Below are positions 13,259 to 27,304 of a DNA stretch of 64,000 nucleotides, piece by piece. Where the stretch lies: assembly GCA_016748015.1 (NCBI GenBank), contig JAAOMT010000675.1, forward strand, positions 62,001 to 126,000. Reading direction: 5' to 3'. A program made the translations under genes and the position numbers. The notes under the pieces are model-generated. The model did not search any database, had not been told where the DNA came from, and worked only from the letters and a program-made list of their open reading frames with translations. How positions within the stretch are numbered: the stretch's first letter is position 1; each line of letters begins with the position of its first letter. The stretch is from Geosiphon pyriformis uo1. Lineage: Eukaryota; Fungi; Glomeromycota.

Positions 13259-14173
13259 TGTTACTTATAGAAAAAGCATACAAGAAATAGTAGAAAAAAC
13301 AGATAGACCAATAGAAAAATAGTAGTTAACACATGAGCACATTGCTTAGCAATATGAAGCATTGTCAGAAAATTATAGCATATTGCTCAACAATGTGGAG
13401 CAATGTTAGAAAATTAGGACATATTGCTTAGCAATATAAGTATTGTTTAAGAAATTATAGCACATCACTTAAGAATATGAGCAATCTTATAGAACCCAAA
13501 TTATGTATATATAGCAAGAGCATTAGAAGCAAAAAAAACAGACCAGACAGAATAGAATTAATACCAAAATCTCTCAATTAAGAACATCTTAGTTGGAATC
13601 ATAAATATCAATAAATAATTATTTACCATCTAAATCACTTTTTCTACTATTAACACTTTATGTTAATAGTATCTAATACTTAATCACACTAGAACAATAG
13701 CTTTTGATCATGGCTATTAACAGGATACTAACTTTTTTTTGCCTTGGCTTATATTTTTATTTATTTATTTATTTTTTCTTTCTTTTCTTTTGTTATTTAC
13801 TAATTGATTAAAAAAATTAATGTGCAGGGTACTGACATTAGGATATAACACTGATAAAAAACCCAGGAATAAGAGTAGACACTCAAATTTGAGAATAGCT
13901 TATCAGAAGATTGCTGGCCATCACGCTGAGAAAAAAATTGTTGGAATTGTGATTTCAGAAAGTAATAAACAACAAAGCACACCAACTTGAAGATTGAAGA
14001 AACTAAAAACATCACACTAAAATACCAATATTGAATCTCTGTTTATTATACAAAGAACTCAATCAAAACCTTCAGAAATGAAAACTTTTAGTTATTATCA
14101 ACAAGATTAGCTATTAAGCACCAAGTTACAGATTTGTTATTTGATTCAAAACCCCAAATAATCACCAATAACA
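13259..14173 (+). repeat. E2 5' LTR
   Basis: TGTTAC..TAACA followed by the PBS. Confidence 0.92.
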
Positions 14174-14175
14174 TT

Positions 14176-14192
14176 TGGTGCTCCTTGTGAAG
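14176..14192 (+). other. Primer binding site of E2
   Basis: TGGTGCTCCTTGTGAAG. Confidence 0.85.
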
Positions 14193-14235
14193 TATAATTC
14201 TACAGAGAACCAGCACCAACAACAATCATTTAAAA

Positions 14236-17200
14236 GTGACAGAATCAGAAAAAAGAGGAACAAACCATTTAAGATTCACCAAATCCTTATTTCAACTCTA
14301 CTGTTAACACTTAGAATTAACTAACAATCAACTATTAGCAGAATTCATTTTCAACTTTTACATCAATGAAAGAATTAAATATTTCTTAAGAGAACCAGTA
14401 AATACCAAATCCACAAAAGAAAATTTTTACAGAAAATTAATTCAATATACCAGTTTACCAGTAAATTACAACTTCGCTTTAATTATCACTGAAATTAACA
14501 GAAAAATTGAAAATCACATCCAGCAAACATTTCCTATTATCTACACAGAAAAAACAAAAGAAAACTACAAACACCAGCAGAAATCCCAAAGCAAATACAA
14601 TTACTTACTTGGAAGAAACAGAAAATTGATTCTCCAGCTAATTTATCTTACTATTACATACTTAGAAGTATTATCAATATATTATTAATGAGTGCATTCA
14701 CAGCAAATGTGACAATCCTGTTAAACAGACTACTATTCTAAAATAAACAGAAGAAAGCAGAGTTATTAGGAACCTATGACAATTATTTTGAGGGATTTAA
14801 ATTGCAATCTCCAATGCCATCAAAATTTTAATTACTGCCACTTTAACCAAATTTCAGAACCATTAATCCTTAGAAAGTAATGAAATCAAAAGAAAAGGAA
14901 GATGACAATCAAAAATTTAACTATCAAAACCTGATCTTAAAAAACCCAGAAATTCAAACTCCAATTGTTCCAACTCCACAAAATTAGAACAATCCAAACA
15001 CTACTTTTATTATTTCCCAAAACTTATCTCCAGTAATCATGATCAATCCACTACCAGTTTTACCAATTGCCAAATAGCAACAACAACAGCTACTACCATT
15101 CACACAGCCACAATCTCAACAACCAAATCCACTACAACAACCAATTACAGTATCAATAGTTTATGCACCAATCACCAAACTAAAAAAATTTACTAGTGAA
15201 GAGAATGATACACAAGTATGGTTAAACAATGTTGAAAAAGCCATTACAGCCAATAAATGAAATAATACCAAAGCATTACAAACCATATCATACTTTCTAC
15301 AGAATACTGCTAACTTATAATATCAAAGCTTGACAAATAAACCCCAAGATTTCAATGTCTTTAAACTTGAGTTCCTAAATTATTTTAGTAACAATAACAG
15401 TATTAATCACTTGGCCAATATATTTACTATTATAAAACAAAGAAATGCCAAAACAGTTACCACTTACTTGAGATGCTTTCATAAAAATTTGCATCAAATC
15501 CAAGCAATTAATACCAACTATTTTACAGTACTACAAATCTTGAACCAGTTTATTTGTGGCCTGTGTAGTAGTATTTTTCAATACATATGTTCATTATATT
15601 TAGCTAATTTGTAAGCAGTAGTTACACATGCCAGAAACTTTGAATTAACAGAACTTGAAACCAACCACACCCAAGCTGTAAATCTAATAATAAATAAATC
15701 ATCTAAATTGAACTCCAAGCTAAAACAAATTAGTGATTTCATTAATCAGAAAATTAAAGAATACTTAGCTAACAATTAGGCAATCTATCAATCTCCACAA
15801 TGTTACAACAATTCTGGAAACTCCAGCTGTTTCTAAAATCAGATGTATCTCTCATTATTAGTTAATCAACTGTGATAACAAAAGATCTATATGTGTTATA
15901 ATTGTAGTAAACAAGACTATATAAGAGCTGATTGCCATGCCAGATTTAATAACACCCATCTACAATCAGAAAATCAATATTAAGCCCTAATCACAGATTT
16001 CAAACTCCAAATCATTATCTAAATCAGAATCAGTATCAATCTTATTACACCTAAATGATATATCAACCAATTTACCAACCTTTAACACCAGTTATTTATT
16101 AACTATAGCCACAAGTAATTTACCAACCTCAACAAATTCAAATCCCACCACAAATTCTAACTCAGATGTTATTTAGAAATCAAAAACCAAGAACCATTCA
16201 ACAAAACTGGAAATCAACAATAGTTGTTCATTAACTGATCTTCAGTACATCTTACCAAGCATTAGAATTATGTTCAAAACCCAAATTCCCAAAACTATTT
16301 AAGTCTTTTGGTTACTTCAAAAGACATCATATCTAACTTTCTGAAATTCAGCCAAAAACAAACACTTACCAACAATATTTCACCAGTAATGATAACTAAC
16401 AACGAGTTACTAGCAGCCATTTTTCCTTTCAAAATTGAGGAACTAACTGAAATACCTCTTTTTAGTGAAACTGCTCTTGATACCAAACCTATTACTATAA
16501 TGTATACAAATGCCAAAGTTAATGGTCAGCTTATTAAACTGATCCTTAATAGTGGATTAGTAGACAGCATCATTACATGACAACTCATGGACCAATTAGA
16601 TTATTGAGTTGATTATACTGTCAATATTAGGATTATTACTGCTAATAGAGCAACAAAAATTTTAATTGGTAAGATTGATAACTTCTTATTTGAAGTCAAT
16701 AGTATTATCATATCCATCAAAGTATTAGTAATAAAAGCCACCCAATACTAAGCTTTTATTGATAATAACTGGCTGTTCAAAACCAATACAGTGCTAGATT
16801 AGACTACACAAGAGCTTCAACTAAGCCAAAACAGACAATATATGTAAGTACCAGCAACTTGCAGTTATTTTAAGACCACCACACTAGCACCACTAATTAA
16901 ATTCAAAAAAAAAATGACTAAATCTACCTGGGAAGCCTACCAAGTCTTGTGGGCTAACACCAATTACAATAAATTGTCACCAATACTCTCATAAGATGAT
17001 AAGAGAAAAGGAAAAGAAGAAGATAAGCCACAAGAAAACACCACCAACTATAACATCATTAGTGACTAAAAAAAATTCTATTCAATTGACAACAAACCAG
17101 AGCCATCATATATTTCACTCAAGTGTAAAAACTGCAAAAAAAACTGCCTTCCATGGAAGCTTGGGTTGCACCAAATAAAGACTACTGAATGCAAACTTAT

Positions 17201-17354
17201 TACTATTGCAAACCATATTACCACAAATAGTATAAGTATCCTAAACATCAAGACAAGTGAAACAACAAATTATGTCTTGCTTGTGGAAAGCAGTTGTTCA
17301 ATGAAAAAATGTAGAACAACATTTTAGGTTGAGGAGGAACATGTAACACTTCAT
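14236..17354 (+). pseudogene. E2 gag, protease and start of the Cys-rich insert
   Basis: ORF 15330-15614 is capsid-like; ORF 16308-16580 LILNSG (decayed DSG protease site). Confidence 0.85.
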
Positions 17355-18297
17355 TGTTACACTTAAAAAAGAGAAAAATAATACATAATTGAAAAAAAAA
17401 AAACACATGATTATAAATTGGCCAATTAGAATAGAAAAAGAGAAAAAAAAAAATTTTCGGAAAATTCTGAATGTTTTAAGAAATCCAAAATTATTTAGGA
17501 AATCCAAGATATTTCAGAAAAGTTGAGAATTTTTCAGAAAATCTTGAATGTTTCAGAAAAGCAAAAATTTGATAGAAAATCTAACAAAAAAAAAATTTCT
17601 TATGTAAAGAGAATTATGTATATATAACAGTAATATTAAAAACAAAAAAAGTATTAATTTTCCACTCAGAATAGAAATTCTTATCTCTATCTTTACTTTA
17701 TTACTTTAAGAATAGTTACTATTAACCAAAGTGAAAATTATCAAAAATTAAATAAAACCATACTTATTATTACTTCATATATGTTATTATTACTTAATTG
17801 AAAACCTAACTTAACTCTTTATTATTAACACTTTATGTTAATAATATCCAATACTTAATCACACTAGAACAATAGCTCTTAATTATGGCTATTGACAGAA
17901 TACTAACTTTATTGCCTTGGCTTATATTTTATTTCTTTGATTTTCTTTTGTATTTTATTTCTTTTGTTGTTTACTAATTGATTAAGAATTAAGCATTGAG
18001 TTATTGATGTCAAAGATAGCCTGGTAAAAGATTCAGAAATAAGGATAAGAAACTTGGAAATTAAGGATAGCTTACCAAAAAGACACAACTGTCAGAATAA
18101 ACCAGCCACTATGCTGAAAAAAAAATTTGACAGAATTGTAATTTTGAGAGGCTACTAATAAAACAACCATTAAATTTCTGTCTATTATACAAAAAACTCC
18201 AATCCAAAACCTTCAAATATCACTATTAGAACAGCTATTAAGCACCAAGTTACAGGTTTGTTATTTGATTTAAGATCCCAAATAATTATTTGTAACA
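17355..18297 (+). repeat. E3 5' LTR
   Basis: TGTTAC..TAACA; PBS TGGTGCTCTCTGT at 18300. Confidence 0.9.
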
Positions 18298-18359
18298 TTT
18301 GGTGCTCTCTGTAAAATATAATTCTACAAAAAACCAACACCAACAACAATTATTCAAAA

Positions 18360-20257
18360 ATGGCAGAATCAGAAAGAATAGGGACAAACCATTTAGGATT
18401 CACCAAATTCTTATTTTAGTATTATTGTTAACACTTGAAATTAACCAACAATTACCTATTAGCAGAATTCACCTTTAACTTCTACATCAATGAGAGAATC
18501 TCATATTTGCTAAAAGTACTAATAAAAACTAATTTAGCAAGAGAAAATTTTTACAATGAACTAAATTAAAATACCAGCTTATCAGCAAATTATAATTTTA
18601 CAGCAATCTTTACTGAAATTAACAGAGAAATTGAAAATCACATACAGCAAAGATATCCAATCACCTATGTAAACAAAGACAAAAAAAAACTACAAACACT
18701 AATAGTAACATTTAAGAAAATACAACCATTTACTTAAAAGAAAACAAGAATAAAATTACCAACCAACCCATTATATCACTATACACTTGAAAGTGCCATT
18801 AACATTTTATTACTAGGCATATTTATCTCAAGTATAAAACTATTATTAGCCCAACTTCTATTTCAAAGTAAACAAAAGAAAACAGAGTTATTAGGAACCT
18901 ATGGTAATTATATTGAAGGATTTAAATCATAATTACCAATGCCATCAGGATTTTAATCACTGCCACTTCCACCAGATTTTGGAACCATGAGTCCTTGAAA
19001 AGTAACTGAATCAGAAAAAAAGAAAGACAAGAATCAAGAATTTAACTACCAAAACTTGATCTTAAAAAATCTGAAAATTGAAACTTTGATTAATCAAACT
19101 CAGCAAAATCAGAATGATCCAAACTCTAATATTATTAATCAGCAAAACTTATCTTCAGAAATTGTAATAAATCTACCACCAGTTGTCACACCACTACAAC
19201 CACAGTCACTACAACAATAGCAACAACCACTTTAACAACAACCCTAACAACAACCATTAATTGCACTAATAGCATATGCACCAATTGCTAAGTTAAAAAA
19301 ATTCACCAGTAAGAAAGATAATATTCAAGTTTGGCTCAATAATGTAGTTAAAGCAATAACTGCCAAAAACTAGAATAATACCAAAACAATGCAAGTCATC
19401 CTGTACTTCTTACAAGACATTGTTAATTCCTGGTATCAAAATCTTATAAACAAATTACAAGATTTTAACATGTTCAAAGTCACATTCCTGCAATATTTCA
19501 ACAATTATAACAGTATCAATTACTTAGCAACCAATTTCACTACTATTAAACAGGAAAACACTGAAGCTGTCACCACTTACTTGGGATGCTTCTACAGAAA
19601 TCTGTGTCAAATTCAGACCATCAATGCAGACTACTTCACCATATTTCAGGTTTTGAATCAGTTCATTTATGGGCTACACAGCAGCTTATTATAATGCATA
19701 TATTCATTATGCCCAGCTATACTTCAGAATACTGTTAACCGTGTTAGAAATTTAGAATCAGCTAAGTTAAAAGCCAACTATGCCCAAACAGTAAACCTAG
19801 TAATGAATAGATCATCTGACTTGAATTCCAAATTGAAGCAATTCAGTAATTCAATTAACCAGAAACTTGAAGAATACTTAGCTAACAATTAGACAATTTA
19901 TCAACCTCTAAAATGGCAAAATAATCAGAAAAACACAAATTATTTCCAAAATCAGATGTGTTTATCATTATTAACTAACCAATCATGATGACAAGAGATG
20001 CGTATTTGCCATTATTGTGTTAAACAAGAACACTTGCAATTTGAATATTGAAAAAGAATAAGCAACCAACAATTGGAAAATTAGTATCAAAATTCCAATT
20101 GCCAATTTTAAACTCAGAATTATGTTAGTCATCAAACACCTGAACAATACCAAATTCAACCACATTATGCACAAGTAATGTAGCCAATTTATCAATCTTC
20201 AACTTATCAAACTCCAGCCCCAGTTATTTATCAACCACAGCTGCAAATAATATATCA
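18360..20257 (+). pseudogene. E3 gag
   Basis: ORF 19389-19694 is capsid-like; decayed CHYC knuckle near 20008. Confidence 0.85.
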
Positions 20258-21674
20258 ACTTAACTACACTGAAACAATAGCTCTTGATTATAGCTATTGA
20301 TAGGATACTAATTATTATCACTGTTATCAGTAGAATTTTAGCTATTAATTAGCATGAAATTATCCTTATAATTCTTATCAGTAATTAACATGTTAATATC
20401 AATCCAAATTATCACTTATTATTTAATCAATTTATCACATATCACGATTCAATTAATAATCCAATTAGTACAACAGAAAGTAAGATAATCAAATTACACA
20501 ATACCCTGAACTTTGTAATATTCTAAAATTCGCCAAAATTTATAGAAATTCGTCGAAATTATGAATAGTTCATCCAAATTAATCAATAGTTCAGCAAAAT
20601 AACTTGTAGTTCATCAAAATATATCTTTAATTTGCCAAAATTTGAGCAAAGAGAAAAAGTGCAAGTTCATAGACTAGTACTACAACAAGTTGTATAAAAA
20701 AAAAGCTTTTCTCTTCAAGAAAATGTATCTTACTTTAGATTTATCACTTAGAACCATTTCTATACACACAAAAAGAAATAAATATCAAATAATTTGAAAA
20801 ACCAAATTCTTTAATTATTGCACTTGAAAAATTCCCAAAATCCAACTAACATTTCGAAATTGATTAGCTACCAATTCAGTAAACTGTTAGTGACTCCAGG
20901 CCTGGATAGAAAACGTTTCCCTTAACAGAATTCAATTTCTTTTACATTTCTTTTACATTTCTTTTATTTTCTTATTATAATCATTAGGGTAGTCTACAGA
21001 CAAGATTTCTGTAGAAGAGTTGACTTTCACAGCAAAGTAACTACACATTTTTAGTGAGCTTCCAGATGAGCAATTCTTGGGAAAAAGTTGACATTTACTA
21101 CAATGTAACTACATAAAGTAACTGGCAAAAAATTGGCCATTCCACTTATAAGCCCAGCAAGTTCAAATTATAGAAGATAATTTGAAGATAAATTCAGTTA
21201 TTGGAGGTTCAACTACTTCTAGAAAACGTGAATTTGCAACCAACAGACATTTACAACATTCAAGAAAAGAGACCAAAAACCTCTGATAATATTGTCTTGG
21301 CTTATTTCTTATTTCTTTTATTTTTATTTCTTTCTTTGTTGTTATTTACTAAATTGATTAAAGAATTAAGTGCTGAGATACAGATGTCATAGGAACTGGT
21401 AAAAAACCTGTGAAACAAGGATAGAACACTCATAGATTTGAGGATAGCTTACCAGGAAGATTACCAGCCACCATGCTAAGAAAGAAATTCGACAGAATTG
21501 CAATTCTGGAAGACTACTGAAAACAATTATTAAATTTCTGTCCATTATACAAAAGACTCCACAATAAAACCTTCAGATCAATAAAACCTTTAGATACCAA
21601 CAGCAGATTATCAATCAAGCACCAAGTTATGGATTTGTTATTTGACTTGAAATCCTAAATAATCATCTGTAACA
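20258..21674 (+). repeat. 5'-truncated LTR (E7-like R/U5), split by a solo LTR-A
   Basis: 20258-20321 plus 21292-21674 reconstitute R/U5 ending TGTAACA; no PBS follows. Confidence 0.82.
20322..21291 (+). repeat. Solo LTR, family A
   Basis: Colinear with 10-989; flanks TCAC / TTGT are decayed copies of TSD TCGC. Confidence 0.9.
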
Positions 21675-24600
21675 TCACCCATGCATTCTTGAACACTTTG
21701 AACAGCCAAAAAGGCAAGGAAAATAGGATAATGAATCTTGTTTCACATGTGGAACCACTCTACCAGATAAGGAAATGTGAAATAACATTCTTGGGCAAAG
21801 AGAAACATACAACAAAATATGTTAATACATAATTCTCATAAATGACTGGGTGAAAAAAAAACTCTAATTGACAACACATAAAAATAAGCACTTAGACATC
21901 TGGAAGGTTATTCACATAATAAGCACAAAATCTAGAAAATGGCAAGTGCCAAAGTTAAAAGTGCTTTACCCAGTAAACTACTAGAAATTAAAAACAATCC
22001 ACTTTCTCTTCCTGAATCCGAATATATTCTTACTTTTAACATTTTTGACAATGTTGAAAATGATTTAGAGTATTTCTATAAACATTACCAAAATTTAGCA
22101 CTTACTTAAAAAGAACAGAAGCAGTATTTAAAGCAACTGAACACTTAATTTTGTTAATACTGCTTAATTTCCTGTAACTTCTAATATTGTAATAAGTGTG
22201 ACTTTATTTACAATCCACCACTATACATGATCTACACAATCTCAGAAAAAAAAGAACCAATTAGCAACTGTATATTAGAATCAGAATTACCATTCAATTC
22301 TGATTCAAATTCTAACAATAAGAATGATGACAATGGTTCCAGCTTTATTCAAAATGGCAATGACAATAACAACAATTCAAACTCCAAACAATATATTGCA
22401 CTTCCTAATCTTTTTAAGAAGCAGAAACTAAAATGGTTTAATTATAATAACGAAAGTATTATGCCAGAACATGCACATAATACTGATGCAAAATTTGATT
22501 TAAAATACCCAGGAAAAGCAGCCATCAAATTGGAACCATATTTACACATCTGCATTGATCTTAAAGTAGCACTAGAAATCTCAACTACAACCATGGTTCA
22601 ATTAGCATCTAGGAACAGTTTAGCAAAAAAAGAAATTAATATAAGAGGAGAAATAATTGATGCAAGATATGTAGGAAATATTATTGCAATGCTACAAAAT
22701 GATTTAAAAAAACCTATATTATAAAGCTAAATAAAAAAATAGCACAGGCAATATTTTTTCTTTTGGTTAAAATAGCTCAATTAGTTTTAGTAAAAAATAA
22801 AGAGAAATTAGGGATGACAGCAAGAGAAACAAGTGGATTCGAATTCATGGGTAAAATAGATGTACCAGTCAATATGGAGAGAAAAAAGTTGTTGATAAGA
22901 GAGAAATTATCTCTATTTGTTAATCAATTTCTATTCCACCATATGACCAGTATATGTTAATATTAGAAAGAAAAGTAAAGGACCAGACACAGATTTTTGA
23001 AGCAGAACCAACTATTTGTAAATCAGAAGAAATTGGGTTCACAAATCTTTATACATCTGCCAAGAACAACAATTACATTAAAGTTCTTATCTACAATACA
23101 ACTGGAGATCCCATCAAAATAATAAAAGAAATTATTATTGGATACTTAAGCACTGAAGTTGAGAATCAACCATTAACAACATCCCAGATTTTCTACAACT
23201 GTGCAGATATGTAGACATTACATTTCAAACAATATATGGAAAAAAAAAATATTATTTGCTCCAATTAGAAAAATTGAAACAAATGAATTTAGAAAACTTA
23301 GATCCATTACAAAAAATACAACTTAAAATGTTATTCAATAATTTTACTAATATTTTTGCCAATAAGAATAAATTTGATAAAACTGATATTATTCAATACC
23401 AAATCAAGACAGAAGATGTAATGTCAATTAAGCAATAAGCATATTGAATACTACCAGCAAGCCATGAAATTATATAACAAGAAATTAACCAGATATTGGA
23501 TAATAGATTAATTCAACCATTAATAAGTTTATGGTTTTCACCAGTTGTATTGGTTCTGAAAAAGAATAGAAAAATTTGGTTTTACATAGATTACCAGAAA
23601 CTTAATGGAGTAACAAAAGGAGATAGCTATTCAACTCCAAAGATTCAAGAATTTTTCGATGCTTTTGGAGGAAAGAAATGGTTCTCAACTTTGAACTTAG
23701 ACAGTAGTTACTGGCAAGTAGCCATAAAGCCAGAAGATAAGAAGAAAACAGCTTTTACAACCCGAGAAAAAAATTTCAAATTTGAAGTTATGTTTTTTGA
23801 CTTAATGAATGCTTCAGCCATATTTCAACAGCTAATGGAAATAGTTTATAGAAGAATATGATGGAAATTAGTAGTTGTTTACTTAGATAATACCAATGTG
23901 TTCTTTAAGATATTTGATAATCATTTACACCATTTCCAACAAGTATTTGAAAGATTAAAAAGAGCCAGATTAAAGTTAAATGCCACTAAGTATTTCTTTG
24001 GAAAAATTGAACTCAAGTTTTTGGGACATGTTGTAAGCAAAGATGGCATCAAAACAGACTTAGACAAGATTAAGATTGTTAAAAACTTTTTAGTACCAAT
24101 TAATCTTCTAGAATTAAGAGCATTCTTGTGATTCACTGAATACTACTGCCACTTCATTCAGAACTTTTCCAAAATGGCCCAACCACTCTATCAGCTCCAA
24201 GCAAAGAGCATAAAATATGAATGGAAAGAGGAACAACAAAAAGCATTTGACACATTAAAGAAAAAGCTTATTTAAGCTCCAGTTCTAATATATCCAAATC
24301 ACAGTAAACTATTTATCATCACTACAGATGCATCAGACCAAGCATTAGGAGCTGTATTATCTCAGAAAAAACCAGATGGACAGGAACACCCAGTAGCATA
24401 TGCCAATAGAAGTTTGAGTCCAGCTGAAAAAACTATAAAACTCCAGCATTAAAACACTTGGCTATCTATTGGGCTGTTATTAAATAGAAAAAATACTTGA
24501 GTCAAAAGTTTAACATGTACATTGATCACAAAGGATTGACTTTAATCCAGAAACAAAAATTCAGAGATGATTGCTATACAAGATGAAAAATAGGACTTTC

Positions 24601-24683
24601 ACTATTTAATTATACAGTACATTATAAAAAAAAGAAAAAAAAACAGAAATGCTGATAATTTGTCATAAATAAAACAAATCTGA
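21675..24683 (+). pseudogene. E3 pol: Cys-rich insert, dUTPase, RT, RNase H
   Basis: ORF 22227-22724; RT motifs SPVVLV, YWQV, KTAFTT, YLDNT, KFLGHVV; RNase H TDAS..LGAVL; stop at 24681-24683. Confidence 0.9.
22430..22860 (+). pseudogene. Retroelement dUTPase domain (E3), decayed
   Basis: DAKFDL, ASRNSL, GEIIDARYVGN, KIAQAIF, ARETSGFEFMG are decayed motifs 1-5. Confidence 0.88.
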
Positions 24684-24711
24684 ATATTTCAACCCAAAAA
24701 TATAACAAAAT

Positions 24712-26090
24712 ATGAATACACAAAATATTAACAATTCCAACACTATATTAATACTCAGCAGTTCAAAGAAAAACTATCTCAAAAGGAATGAAACAACATA
24801 AAACAACAATTAAAATATTTTATTACTCACCAAAATATATTATATTAAAAAAACAGAAAGAATTCAGATCAATCACTCAAAGTAATTACAGAACCAGAAA
24901 AAGAAACAATACTATATAGCATGTATTTAGATCTGACAACAGAACACTTTTATAAAGAAACAACCATGGAAAAAACCAGAAAAATATATTATTGGCCATT
25001 AATGTATCCAGACATTATCCAATATGTTCAAAATTGTGATGCTTGTCAGAAAAAAAAAGAAATAAGATCCAATGAACCATTAAAACCAATCAAAGTAAGA
25101 TAATTATTTGATCAAATTGGAATTGATTTAGTTAAACCACTAACAATTACCAGCAAAGGCAACAGATATATTGTAGTAGCCATAGATTATCTTACAAAAT
25201 GGCCAAAAGCAAAAGCAATTCAAAGAGCAGATGCAGAATCCATAGCTGAATTTGTTCATTAAGATCTAATTTGTCAACATGGATGTCCAAAAAAATTACT
25301 ATCAAATCAAAGAACTCACTTTGTAAACAAAACACTAACAAAATTAAGTCAAAAATTTGAAATTAAAAGACCATTATTATCACTATACCATTCACAAATA
25401 AATAGTTTGATTGAAAAATTCAACAGAACATTGTGTAAAGCAATTGCCAAAATCAGCCAAAAAAACCAGGATGAATGAGATTTGTTTATACTATCAGTAT
25501 TATTTGCTTATTGGATAATAAAGCAAGATATCACACAAGTAACATCATTTAAATTAGTATATGGTAAAACTGCAATATTACCAGTTAAATTAGAAGTCAA
25601 CACATATTCAACAAAACCAATAACAGAAGACAATTTCCAAAAAACATTATTAAAAAGAATGTACAACTTAATAGAAACTTTGGAAAACAAATAACAAAAA
25701 GCAGTTAATAATATCCAAAAGTCACAAGCAAAACAAAAAAAAATGGCATAATAACTAATTACTAGATAAACCAGTCAAATTCAAGATTGAAAACAAAGTA
25801 CTTCTACATCATACCAAAATGAAAAAACAATGGAATGGGAAGTTTGACCCCAAATAAGATAGACCATTTCACATTGAAGAAATTCTAAAAAATAGAGCTT
25901 ATAAATTAAGATGAGACAACAAAATTTTAACCAAATTAGTACATAGTAATTAACTAAAATTTTATTATCACATATCATTATTTACTAATAGTATTCTACA
26001 ACTGGGAGTACAAAGAACATTAGTGAAACCAGATGAGATTCCATGAGATTTGGAACCAATTATACATATTAAAACAAAACATATTGATTT
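24712..26090 (+). pseudogene. E3 integrase (own ATG)
   Basis: HHCC remnant (..EHF..CDAC), IGIDLV, YLTKWP, EKFNRTL. Confidence 0.88.
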
Positions 26091-26119
26091 AATTTACCAA
26101 AACAATATATAAAGAATCA

Positions 26120-26792
26120 AAACATATGACAACAATAACAGAAAAATAGAAATTCCAGATCATATTTACTAATTAGCACAACAATTATTCCAGACCATAA
26201 ATTAACAACAAACAGACATAGAAATAATAATTAATTATCAAATTATCTGCTATAAAAACACTAAAAAAAAAGAAAAAAAATTACATCATATTAACAAATA
26301 CACAAAAAAATTAGCAATAATACTGATAAAATTGTTAAGAAAGTAAAAAGCACTCTTGAAAAACCAGCTGTTATTGTTCAACCAAGAAAAGTGATAACAA
26401 AAAATTGAGATTAATTAATAAAATAATTTCCAGTTTTATATTGCTATTGGCATTTGGGAAAAAAATTAATGATTCAAAATTTGTATATAAATCAAACCAA
26501 AAGAGTCTTTAATCAAAAAATTATACAAGACATAGAAATTTTTATTGGAAAAAAATTTAATTTGAATATATACATTAAAACTATCTACTGAATATACACT
26601 ACCTTTTAAGACTATCTAGAAATACTATTACAACCAGAAATTAGTAGCTTATCTATTAATCAATAAGGAAAAATGACCAATAGCCAGTTTAAAAAACTTC
26701 ATAGAAAAATAGAAAAAATAATCTTAGAAAAAAAAGTTATAAAATTATTACAAAAAGGAATATTAAAAGATTTTAACAGAGCTTAATATTAA
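26120..26792 (+). pseudogene. E3 ORF3, decayed
   Basis: IEIPDHIY.LAQQLFQ .. DFNRA*Y*; homologous to the other ORF3 copies. Confidence 0.7.
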
Positions 26793-26806
26793 AAAGGAGG
26801 AAATAA

Positions 26807-27304
26807 TGTTACACTTAGAAAAGAGAAAAATAATACATAATCGAAAAAAAAAAAACACATGATTATAAATTAGCCAATTAAAATAGAAGAAGAGAAAAAA
26901 AAGATTTTTCAGGAAATTCTGAATGTTTCAGAAAATCCAAAATTATTTAGAAAATTCAAAATATTTCAGAAAAGTTGAGGATTTTTCAAGAAATTCTGGA
27001 TGTTTCAGGAAAGCAAGGATTTGGTAAGAAATCTAGCAAAGAAAAAAAATTTCTATGTAAAGAAAATTATGTATATATAACAGTAGTATTAGAAACAAGA
27101 AAAGTACCAATTTTCTATTCAGGATAGAAATTTTCATCTTTATTTCTACTTTATCACTTCAAAAATAGTTACTATTAACCAAATTAAAAATTATCAAAGA
27201 TTAAATAAAACCATACTTATTATTATTTTATATACTTAATTGAAAATTTGACTTAACTCTCCATTATTAACACTTTATGTTGATAATATCTAATACTTAA
27301 TTAC
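26807..27304 (+). repeat. E3 3' LTR, truncated by a deletion
   Basis: Matches 17355-17860, then joins E2 pol directly. Confidence 0.88.

Larger units (their letters stand above)
17355..27304 (+). mobile_element. E3: Ty3/Gypsy element nested in E2 (protease deleted, 3' LTR truncated)
   Basis: 5' LTR 17355-18297 followed by a PBS; PPT near 26791-26806; matching U3 from 26807. Confidence 0.9.

Noticed and set aside
13668-13731. Self-cleaving ribozyme (hammerhead/twister/HDV) in the LTR hairpin
   Set aside because: I found no CUGANGA/GAAA core or other catalytic consensus on either strand.
22227-22724. Host DUT1 gene
   Set aside because: Embedded in retroelement pol, multicopy and mutationally decayed.
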